Assembly (NCBI GenBank): GCA_002633005.1
Contig: NMRA01000499.1
Location: 124,001-188,000, forward strand
Reading direction: 5' to 3'
From: Phoronis australis
Taxonomy: Eukaryota > Animalia > Phoronida
DNA length: 64,000 bases
A program made the translations under genes and the position numbers. Each line of letters begins with the position of its first letter. The stretch's first letter is position 1. Under the pieces are notes generated by a model, which ran no database searches, was not told the DNA's origin, and saw only the letters and a list, made by a program, of their open reading frames with translations. Shown here piece by piece: positions 39,501 to 50,620 of the stretch.

Positions 39501-42165
39501 AACTTGGCAATGTTGCTGGATTACTCGAAGGTTAAACACAAATATATTTGTTCCACATTTCAGTTTGGTGGCTATCTGATTTTGGCTCTGGAGTTTCACT
39601 CGTCTGGGCGCCTTTGTCTCGGCATCTGCTGGACATCCCAGCACTAGTCTTGTCCCCGGAAATTGTTGTTTTTAAGGACAACTTTTATTATTTTTCATTT
39701 ATTTCGACCTGTAATGGACATCGTTTTGTTTCGTAGCAGAGGTACGTTTTCTATGCTGGCGTTCAACTGAACTTCTCACCAAAATTGACAGATTCGATCG
39801 GCACAGGGAGGGGCACTAGATTACTGAATCAAAGCCTCGTTCGAGCTGCTGTCATGAAAAATTAAACAGTTGAATTACTTTTTTTAGAATCTCTAGTATA
39901 TAAACTACGCCTGTAGAGTTAGGGAGAGTTCCTTTTGTAGTTGGTCAAACATGATACTTGGATTTATGAAGTTTTAAAAAACAATTTTAGTTATTTTTGT
40001 AAATGGCCATTTTTTGCCAGTACACCAGGCTTGTCATCTTTTGTAACCATACCACAACTTAGTGATCATGCTACTTAAATGAAAGCTACCGTTATGCAAC
40101 GAAACTACAAAAAATGGGAAGTTCATCAGAAGGTTGGCCTAACTTAAATGTCTTTAAGGTGCATTGAATTACGGTCAATTCCATGTATTAATTTGACTTA
40201 GACACAGCCCTAGACTTACTGGAGCTAACTGCTTTCCTAGGATAAGACGAAAATGTGCCTGAGCTATGAACCCGATTTCTTTAATCAAAATATTACGCTC
40301 GAAGATTAGAAAAGTATAAACAAGGTTATCGACTCGACCTTACTCGGAGAATTCCATCAGTTGTGACCTACTTTTCATTTGGCAGACGGCAGAATAATAA
40401 AAATATCGGCGAATCTTCATTTTGTTCGAAATATCCGGAAATCTATGGAATCGTACAGATAATTCGACTTTAAGGTACATACCCAGCTTTACATTAACAT
40501 ATCGCACCAGAGGCCTTGTGTCAGTTTTAAAGCGAGGGTGAATCCCGTGTGGGGTTTTTCGGATTTTCGTTGGCTCCGAAATACTTTTCCTCGAACACTT
40601 AATTCATCATTGTGGCCTTTACAAATTCCCAAATGATAAACGTACGATTCTCACTGAAAAGCATCGCATGTTGCCTTTGTAAAAGTGTTTTCGGAAAGTG
40701 CAAAATACACTCATCAATTCCACCAGGAACGTGATTTAACGACAGTGTATTTGCCTTTGACATCTTGTTCGTTTGTAGGGTGTCACGTGACTTTTCGCAA
40801 AGGGGCGGAGCTTGCGATAGGTCAATTGTTTGCGCGTGATGTCGCGTTCGGTGCATAAAATGACCACTCGTGTTTACACATCACACAATGTCTTGGTTCA
40901 CCCTGCATCAGCTCATGAGGGTGCGGAAAAGGAACGTGTCGCTAAATTCGTTGCAGAAACTAGAGAGTTCCGATCTATTCCCGTTCTTGATTCGTCATAA
41001 AAATGACGTAGAGTAACTTAGCAAAGAAGTCTGGCCCTCCCAACAAGTGGTCTTTTTTACATATTAATTATCCTTTACGTTAAATTCTACGTTGTTGTTC
41101 AGTCGGTAACGGCGGTGGTATTAGCACAGTTGTTCATGATAAACGCGCAACACTGACTCAAACCTTATCTCACAGAATGTTCACTTATCTTTGCGGGTAT
41201 ATGTTATTTAGAATAATTAATTGTGAACAAAATAATAACAAAATAACGAACAGTGTTTTATGTATGCCTTTTAGAGACATAGTTTTACACCAAAACAATT
41301 GCTTTTTAACACAAAGAATAGCACTGTATGAATGTATTAGTAGTATAGTAAGAGGTTTAGACGCCCCGTTTGGGAGGGCCTCGGTCAAAGGTCATCCATG
41401 TGAAAGGAAAAGGTCAAAGGTCACGTGGGATAACTGAAATCGGAAGGGACGCCATCCGCCTACCGGACGAATGTGTCAATGACGTCACACCTCATGACGT
41501 AGAGGCTCCTCGATGCTCGTTTTTGCGGCTCCTCGCACCGGATCGACACCGAAACAAAAGAGGGATGACGTTGCTGAATAAGAACAAAACTTATTTCGTG
41601 TGCGCCGAGTCTTGTCGTTGCATATTGTTTTTTTCTGTCTCATTGATCAAAAACAAAAAGCGTATACAAAAGGGGATAACCACCCAACTCAACAACAGAT
41701 GTCGCGTAAAGTCTAACCCAGGACCCGACGGTACTAAGCGAATCCTATTAATAATACTAATAATAAGAGGCGACCAGCTAACACAGGACATAAAACCGAT
41801 AGCGTTTAAACGTGTATTAATGACAAACCAACAGTGCAAAAATCATCATTCGAATACACTACAAAAATTATCAAGACGTTCAGAAAAGTAGTCTATAGCA
41901 AATTATCAAATGTCCGAATTAAATGTTCAAAGGTCCAGTGGTGACGCCGTCGTCGAGCACTCGTCTTTTGGGATAAAAGTAGGTGAACGAAACGTCGCCA
42001 TGAGCGAGCTTATGGAAAACACCAAAAAATTAGAGATTATATCATCGATCAAGGATTTGATTACGAAGAGATTTGGGAATGCGAATTTGAGGATTTGAAA
42101 CTTCAAGACGATACCCTACGTTCTTTTCTCAGAAGACGAGAGCTGTCCACGGAACGTTGCTACTG

Positions 42166-43273
42166 CTTGACGAGCGAACAAATAAAATAATTCGTTCTAG
42201 ACGGCACTCTGTTCGGGGTTGTGGAATGTGACATCGAAGTCCCGAGCCATCTGAGAGAGCACTTTTCAGAAATGGAGTATATATTCAAGAATGTAGACAT
42301 CACCAGAGACGACCTAGGAGAATTTATGCGGGAGTATGCTGAGGAAAACAAAATCATGAGCCGACCACGACGATCTCTGGTAGGAAGTTTCTTCGGTAAA
42401 AAAATTCTGTTGGCGACCCTGCTTCTGAAATGGTACTTGGAACACGACTTGGAGATAACAAACGTCTATCAAGTGGTCGAATTTGCTCCCTTAAAATGCT
42501 TCGAGCGTTTTGGTAAGAAAGTCAGCGACGCTAGGCGGGAAGGGGACAAAGACAAAAACAAAGCGATCGTGGCGCAGAGGGTGAAACTCATAGGGAACAG
42601 CGCGTATGGTAAGACGGTAACGAATCAAGAAAGGCATCGTGACGTAAAGCATTGCGGAGAGGCTAAGGCTCAACGGGAAGTCCAATTCCCGGAATTTAGA
42701 CACGTCAGCTACATCGGGGACGGAACTTACGAATTGGAGATGAAAAAATACCATCCGCCTGAACCTGCCGCTTCAAATAGGCTTCTTTGTTTATCAGTAC
42801 GCAAAGTTGCACACGTTGGAGTTTTACTAGGACTTCATGTTAAGATTCGTCGACAGATCCGATTTCGAATATTGCGAAATGGACACGGACTCGGCGTACA
42901 TGGCTATATCCAGTAATTGTCTTGAGGACGTGATTAAACCAGGCATGCGAGCAGCTTTCGAGAGGGAAAAACATCTTTGGTTTCCGCGAACGGACTCGGA
43001 AGAAAACGAAGCTTACGACACGCGCACGCCCGGCTTATTGAAACTGGAATTTGAAGGGGACTACTGCATCGCCCTTTGCTCTAAAACGTATTACGTGGGG
43101 GCGGACGACGGTCAATCCCATTTTAGACATAAAGTAGTGCAAATTCAAACAAATGAAATCGACAAAGCGAGGTATCTCAAAGTGTTATAAACCACAAAGA
43201 GTAGCTCGGCCCTCAACAAAGGATTCCGGTTAGGCGGCGACAACACTATGTACTATGTATACCTACCTGCAAG
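42166..43273 (+). pseudogene. Family B DNA polymerase fragment of Polinton/Maverick (protein-primed) type, disrupted
   Basis: LFGVVECDIEVP, motif B KLIGNSAYGK, LPLQIGFFVYQYAKL, motif C EMDTDSAY, TPGLLKLEF, ALCSKTYY. Intronless, with a frameshift near 42745 and in-frame stops (e.g. TAG near 42828). Confidence 0.85.
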
Positions 43274-44710
43274 AGACAAAGCCTAATATAAAATATTACA
43301 GTTTTCTTTTTTTTTTTCAGCAGTGAGTGGAGGTAGCAATCTCAATGACAGAATTACAGAAAACTTGAAATGGAAGTATTCTGAACTTGTTTTTTTTAAA
43401 TTCATGTGTTAATCTATTGAAATAATAATTAACCCAAGGCATCAAGAAATAGTGCATGAAGATGCCAGTGAACATATTATTTCAGGCAAAAATAACGTCA
43501 CCTATCGCGCTAGTCAACTCACGAGAATTTTGCAAATAATGGAGTTAACGCAGTCAAAAATTTCACTGTATTTTTGGCTTACGTGCAGTCGACTGCGCGC
43601 TGGAGGTTCAAACTTGGCTGTGTACGTGTTGTTCCCAAGACCAGAAAATCACTTGTAATCTGAGTAAGGAACAATTTGAGATCACTGTTATAACGGAAAA
43701 GTTAGTCATCCATATATTCATTTTCTGCTGATACATTTTGCTCGAATGTCACACATTTTTGGTTTCTGTGGGGACCACGGTTGCCTGATATCTCAACAAA
43801 AAAAATAACTCTGCGCGATATTGCGATAACAGAAGCGACGGTTTCTCTGTGGTCGTTCAAAGTTTGATAGAAGTAAGCGACGTATGCCACCAGGAGCGTG
43901 TCAGACGCAGTTTGCCCAACTAACAATCTCCAAAAACCCTTTGAAAGAGAGTGTAAGCTGACAAGCTTGATTTAAAATACAAGCTAGACTAACGTGGGAA
44001 AGTCGATCTTCATATCTGATTAATATGCCAAAGCCGAGTTTAGTATCCTATCAAGTGTGAAAAGTGTTTATTGGAAGATCCTTAAAATGAAATTGGTCAA
44101 AATCAAACGGAAATAGGACATTTAGGGAAACAATCCGCACTCTATTCACGTATTTATCATGCTCAGTATTCGGTTCCTTTGTCCGATAAAGTCTACAATC
44201 ATTACAGGTCACGTCTCTTCGTACAGTGACCCCCTTTTCATAAACGGTCCAAATTTCTGATGCCCAAATTTGCATCCTCCACTCAGCAAGTTTAGAGCCC
44301 AGATGATTCAAAATCTTTACAAAAGTGGAAGCGAATTCTGTTCGACGCATGTTCATTGGGGGTAAATTACAAACACATACCTTTCGTTGGTTGATCGCTT
44401 TTGGATTACGAGCTCGGGTAAAAAATACTTTTTCGAATATTCCACATCCGAAGTCGTAATGTACCCTGAGCGGGTGCGCAATCTCTCTTCACCCGGTCAA
44501 TCTAGCCGTTATCTCCGCCGTGATTGCTGCGACTGCGAGAGGTCTCTGGGCAAGTTTTTGAGAGTACGTTTTCGTTTTGATTCAATATGGGTGCCAACGA
44601 TATAGAACACATTGCGAGTGCCACGCCACAGAAATTAACGACAATGACAGTAAGACGCAAGGCATATATTCGTTAACTTACGAGTGACAAGCTAAGTGGT
44701 AGCCTGTTCT

Positions 44711-45321
44711 CTATGGTGGACCGTTGAGGGGAAAGTGTCGCCGTAAAATTACGCTCGTAATTACGAGTGTAAATTAAATTGCAGGACTGTCGCCGTACAA
44801 TTACGCTCGTAAATTAAATGGTGAAAAGTTTCGTCGTAACATTACGCTCGTAATTACGAGCGTAAGTTAAATTGCAAAAGTGTTGCGGTAAAATTACGCC
44901 CGTAAATTAAATGGGGTAAATGTCGCCGTAAATTACGCTCGTAAAATACCTTAAGAACGTTCCAAATTTAAACCAATCAGTGATGACCTACTGAACATAC
45001 ACGATCGACTGTTGCTGGGCAGCTCGTTCTTGCACAATCGCTGACATTGCAGCAACGATTTGATCCGCCATGATTCAGAGTTCGTATCGTAGACATGAAA
45101 TCCGCCAATAAATAAGAATTTCCATGAGCGCGCGCGATCTTTGTAAAACCCAACGTCATTGGCTAAGAGTTTAACTAAATTACGAGCGTAATTTTACGCC
45201 GTAAAGAATTAAATTACGCTCGTAATTTTACGGCGTAATTAACGGCGTAAATAACGGCGTAATGTACACAATTACGCTCGTATTTTTCCGGCGACACTTT
45301 CCCCTCAACGGCCCATCATAG
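44711..45321. mobile_element. MITE with about 33-bp TIRs, 4-bp TSD (TTCT) and subterminal AATTACGCTCGTAA repeats
   Basis: Left end CTATGGTGGACCGTTGAGGGGAAAGTGTCGCCG; right end read in reverse CTATGATGGGCCGTTGAGGGGAAAGTGTCGCCG; TTCT at 44707-44710 and 45322-45325. Confidence 0.85.
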
Positions 45322-46233
45322 TTCTCAGACAATTACGAGCTAATAGTTCTCTCGACGCCCAACAGGACTAAGGAATAATTTGATACCAATTCCTGGTCAT
45401 AACAATAAGTAAACTACGTAAAAGCTGTTTTTGTGATTTAAGGCGGTTTACACTTGCTCTAAAATTTCTTCACGTTTGAATTATTACAAAAATTACCTGT
45501 GACCGCAAAACAACTCCCATGAAGTCGAGTGGTCAAACACAGATTGCGATATGCTATCTGCTTAACTTTATCTATGGTTGATAATCGCGGATTGCAATAA
45601 AAGAGTAATTATTCATCCTGCCAATTAAATATGATTAGCTTCAAAGAAAATATTTTCACATAGTACCTTATCTGGTGCCCTAAATCTGAGGTGATTATAT
45701 AATCTGTTGGAGTGATGTATGGTCGGTCTGCCAAACTATGCAAATTAATTATCAAACCATGTTGCATCTCCTCGCCAGCTCCTGAGTCCACAATAGAAGT
45801 CATATCCTTAGAATTCACACTATCCCTGCGTAGGAAGCGTACTTGGCAACTGAAGGCAAAACTATAAGACAAGGACCTTCTGCTTTGGGGTTGTGCCAGA
45901 GCCCTTCCTTCGTCATTGCGTAGGCTATGTTTTTGTTCTTTTCATAACTAGGGGCCGTTTAAGGATTTCTTTGGCGACTCAGACAGGTATTGTATTATGT
46001 GAAGCTCGTGACAGGAACAAAGACAGGAAAACTTGTCATGGCAACCGGAAACGTCATCAGAAACCTGGACGTGTGACAGAGTTTTTGTAGACGTGGTATT
46101 CGCCTATAGTTTGATCATTGGTTCTAGACAGTTTCCGTCACTGAAACACTCGATTTTCCAAATTAGTTGAATGTGTATTTTCAATTTTCTAGTATTTTGG
46201 GAATTTCATTTTTCCAGATTTCTCCAATCATTT

Positions 46234-48223
46234 TAAACAAAAGCAACGCGAAGCGTTGAAATGCGCCCACAAATGCAAAGCAAACCGTGTGCTTCTAGAG
46301 TTGTTTATTTGTATCATAAAATGGCCACTAGATGGCGCAAAACGTCCAGTCCATCTGAAATGGGAACATGCCACTGCTTCTTTAATAGAAATATATTTAT
46401 CAAATTTCATAAAAATCTGTCAAGAATCTTCAGAGAAACACAGGAAAAGGAAAAAAAAGAAATTGTCAAAGGGGGGGCAGTGCGTCCGCCCGAAAGTTGT
46501 CGTCGTCTATCGTTATCTTTATATAAATACACGTACTAAGTTTAATGAAGATCCTGTGGTGGGTTTAGGAGATACAGCTATGGGCGCAATACAAAACTAC
46601 CACTAGGAGGCGCCACAGTATTCAAAGTCGCATCGTCAACCGTCCTCATCACTCGGAGAACATATACGCCTATTTTCAAAGTCATCCTTAGAATGGTTTG
46701 GTTGATAGAGTGGTGGACGCCAAAAAACTGTCACGAAAACAGTAAAAATGACCACTAGGTAGCGCAACATACCTCGAATCCGGCAAGATAGCGTCAACTC
46801 ACCAATAGATGTCTATACTCCAAATTTTATGAAACTCCGTTGAGGACCTTTAAATATACAGAGGTAAACGTAAAAAACTAAAAATTGCCAATAGGGGGCA
46901 CACTGATAGTCAGATCCTTGCGAAAGTCGTCGTCGACTGTGGACAACATCATATAAATAAACTTGCTAAATTTAGTAAAGATCCTGCAAACGGTTTAGAA
47001 TATACACCCATGAGCGAAAAACAACAAAACTGCCACTAGGAGGCGCCACAGTAGTCGAAGTCGTCGGAAAACCATCGTAAGCAATTCCCCTCATAGTAAG
47101 AACATACATGTCAACTTTCACAATCATCCTTAGAACGGTATGGTTGAAATTGGGGTGGACGCCAAAAAACAGACTTGAAAACAGTAAAAATGGCCACTAG
47201 GTAGCGCAAAATACCTCGAATACATCCGGAAACGGAAGGATAGCGTCATCTCACTAGATGCCTATCTGCCAAATTTTATGAAAATCAGTTGAGGGCCTTT
47301 GAAGATAGAGGTAAACGTAAGAAACCAAAATTGCCACTAAGGGACGCAACCGTAGTCCGATCCTGGCGAAAGTCGTCGTCATTTATTGTCAACATCATAT
47401 GAATATACTTGCTACGATTGGTAAAAGATCCTGCTAACAGTTTAGGAGATACAGCCATGGGCGCAAAAAATTGCCACTAGGAGGCGCAACAGTAGTCGAA
47501 GTCGTCGGAAAATCATCGTCAGCCGCCCTCTTAAAAGTAAGAACATGTGTGCCAATTCTCAAAATCGTACCCAGAGCGGTTTGGTTGATAGAAGGGCGGA
47601 CGCCAAAAAATAGACTCGAAAACAGTAAAGAAATGGCCACTAGGTGGCGCAAAGTACATCGAATCCGTCCGAAAACAGGAGGATGGCATCATCTCACTAA
47701 TAGATGCCTACGTGCCAAATTTTATGAAAATCCGTTGAGGACCTCCAAAGATACAGAGGTAAGCGTAAAAAAAAAAAATTTTATATTAAAATTGTCACTA
47801 GGGGGCATACCGGTAGTCGGAGAGGTCTGAAATTCGTCATCATCCCTCGTCAGCTTGATAGGAACACATCTGTCAAATCTCATCAAGGGAGGAGGTAGTG
47901 TGACCTAGCGGGATGGTGCCCGCCTTCTTTACCCGAGGTCGTGAGTTCGAGTCCCACTGGGCCACATTACTAGACCCGTGAGTCAGTTTTCTAGCTCCTC
48001 AGCTCGGTTTTAACAGTGCAATGGGCCCACATGCGCGGCCTGTGCACGTCTGGTACAACATGTACCAGATCGCCTGCAATCGCCTGCAATTATTTTTTTA
48101 AAATCTCATCAAGAAACTGTGAGGGTTTAGGAGATACAGCTGCTCACGCGCCTAGACGCCCGGACGCCCAGACAGAGATGACGGCAATATGCGACCACAT
48201 ATAAATATGTGGGCGCATAAAAA
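46234..48223. mobile_element. Helentron/HINE-like non-autonomous element containing a ~145-bp tandem array with ~440-bp higher-order period
   Basis: Subterminal inverted repeat ATGCGCCCACA (46261) / TGTGGGCGCAT (48208-48218); terminal hairpin ATGCGACCACATAT..ATATGTGGGCGCAT followed by an A-run; GACG/GACA-type short repeats near 48155; internal tandem units. Family assignment is inferred from this layout. Confidence 0.65.
47888..48100 (+). mobile_element. tRNA-derived SINE, 213 bp, with 13-bp TSD
   Basis: A-box-like TGACCTAGCGG, B-box GAGTTCGAGTCCC, tail ATCGCCTGCA x2; exact flanking duplication AAATCTCATCAAG at 47875-47887 and 48101-48113. Confidence 0.88.
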
Positions 48224-48699
48224 GCGATCAATGCTTCAGGCCTGTGAGAGGTTTCCAAAAATACATTGGAGGTAACCATGACGAAACTATTTCAATTGAC
48301 CACCCTAAGATTTCAAGAATACCGCTCAAAAACATGACGCCTGGAAATAGTCCACAAGCAACCACGAGTGCTACATACGCTCGCGATTCTATACCAGACC
48401 AGAAGTCGGCGCAGACGATACAGGTTGACAGTAACTTTTTCTTCTCGGCCACGCCCAACATCTCCTGGATGACGTCAACAGCGTCAATGTTGGTGTATCC
48501 AAGTCGACGGAGCTCTGTCCGGCGTTCCCCGTGCCGTCAGTCATGTCAGTGATATTCCCGTCTTTATTATTACACGCGTAACGATAGCAACGCTCTTGGT
48601 GGACGTCTACGTGGTTTGACAAATAGGCCATAGTTCCAGATCTCCTATCTTTCACCTCCGTGGCTACTTTTGGAGGGCAACGGGAACTTTGCATTAAAC

Positions 48700-49135
48700 C
48701 CATTTACAGATGTTCAAAAGTCAATTTCAAAAAAGTTCCCTGGTCAACTCGTGGATGACACTGAACAGTTTGTATGCAAGATGTAAAGCAACTCATCATC
48801 AACAGTTAACAGAGCACGCTACCACATATCCAGGTTGAAATCTATGATGGTATCATCTCTGCCCCCTAATCCTGATTGTTTGCTGTTACATGCCAAAAAA
48901 GCAAGCTATCAGCGTGCCATTCACAAACGAGCCTTGCAACAGCATGTCAGTGCACTATCTCCAGTTGGTAACGGGTGACTTTTGGAGTAGGGTAGTCTAA
49001 ATTTTCACTGGATGACTCTGCCTTTAGCCCCAGAAAATGTCATGAAAAATGTTAATTGTAAATGTAAAAAGAGTGGTTGTAGTACAAAAGTGTGCTCTTG
49101 TTTGAAGTCGGGCATGCCATGTTCAAAGATCTACA
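48700..49135 (+). mobile_element. Degenerate DNA transposon protein C-terminus, Academ-like (XPG-associated region + Cys-rich zinc finger)
   Basis: EQFVCKM*..VNRARY..LPPNPDCLLLHAKKASYQ..SPVGNG*..WMTLPLAPENV..CKCKKSGCSTKVCSCLKSGMPC, with in-frame stops. Confidence 0.65.
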
Positions 49136-49784
49136 TGCAAAAATTCACGTCATTTTCTTTTCCCGTTCAAAACGGCACTACAGCACGATTGAAAATGGGT
49201 AAAAATGCGCCAGATCCGCCATCTTGAAAGCAACTTCCGGTTATGCAGCAATCGATAATAGCTTGTCACAAGAAACTACCACATGGAAAATTTCGAAACA
49301 ATTGGCCTTCTACAGGACAAAACGTTTTTGTCCCAAAATTGATGTGAGCATGCGCAATGGCCGATATTTCCATTAACTTTAAACGGAAGTAAACGATTTC
49401 TGGCACATTTGTAGTACACCTCAGCAACTGTGCCTATTTTTATTTGTCTACGTTAAAAATTGCTTCCTCTACGAGCATTTGAAGCCGAAAGTAAAATGGC
49501 CGCCACGTCCGCCATCTTGAATCCGATCATGACCGAAAACAATAGGGTTCCAGTACTTTCGGAACTACAGGTTGTGTGTTAATTTCGTGAAAATCGGAAA
49601 AAAATTTGACCTGCAGAGTCCGAACAAACAAAATACAAACTTGATGGCAAAGCAACATACTTGCCAAAATTTATTTCGCCAAGTGAAAATAAACTCTTTC
49701 GTTCTTTCCCAACCAGTTCCGAATAGAAACCATACATACCTAATTTTGTTGTGCGCTGGTATACGCAAGTGTTGGCTTACGTAG

Positions 49785-50620
49785 TAAACGGTTTCCCAAG
49801 CGTTTACATTCCGATGAAGATGTAAATTTTGGAAGTAAAGTTACAAAAAATCTCTGTTAGGTAATAAGAGTCAATAAGTTCTGGACAACTCTGTGCCATC
49901 CAATGGGAAACGGCATGTGCGAGCAATTCACCAGGACACAACTCAATGTGTTGGGGACATTAGCCAAAACCAGCTCCTAGGAAGGGTTTGGTGAAGTTGA
50001 ATTCCGAGAGTGCGAAAGTGTCGGTGCCTCCGCAGGAATATGGAAGCGAGGATTGCCAGTTTGTGCGTGAGCATTCTATTGACGGCTTGATAGTCCACGA
50101 TGCATCCGAAGGAAGCATCCAGACGAAGACTCACGGTGCAGAAGAGACTGAGAAAGATGATGTCGACAGCAGTTCTGTTGTTGACGGTGACGATCGCGTG
50201 GCGAAGACATGAGAGGCGGCAGCTGATGTGACACAAGACGTTACAGAAACGGTCAAACTGGATTGCGTTCCTGATCGCATAGATGTTGACAGTGTGGCAG
50301 ATGCTGGTGATAAACGGAAGTTTGTTGAGACTACTAACGATGGTGATGGTGGCGGAACGGGTAACCGTACTCCACCGACAGTCCCTCGTTCGACTCACGT
50401 GCGGAAAAAATCTGGCGTGGATGTCACGAGGGGAGTTTGTGGTGGCACAAGTAACCACGTCCGAGGTCTGGGTGTAGAAAGGGCGGGTATTGGAGTCATT
50501 GTATGACAAAGGTATCTTTTCGCCAAGACCGAGCTGTGGCGGAAATTATAGCGTCAATTGTGTGTCGTGAGAAATGACGTGGACGTAATGTTTGCTTTCA
50601 GAGGAGAATGTGACAGAATG
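49785..50620 (+). mobile_element. Ty3/Gypsy LTR retrotransposon remnant: integrase core, pol tail, putative PPT and 3' LTR start
   Basis: FPKRLHSDEDVNFGSK..TTLCHPMGNGMCEQFTRTQLNVLGTL (cf. the rve pattern LHSDQG..TTPYHPxGNGxxERFNRTL), joined by an apparent deletion to an acidic tail with PRSTHVRKK..WM; purine tract AGAGGAGAA then TGTGAC at 50609. LTR end not determined. Confidence 0.8.

Noticed and set aside
43702-44620. Minus-strand protein-like fragments next to the polB relic
   Set aside because: Interrupted by stops and no family motif recognised; left unassigned.
46325-47810. Repeat-spacer (CRISPR-like) reading of the regularly spaced CCACTAG motifs
   Set aside because: The intervening sequences are homologous every third unit, so this is a higher-order tandem repeat; no cas genes are present.
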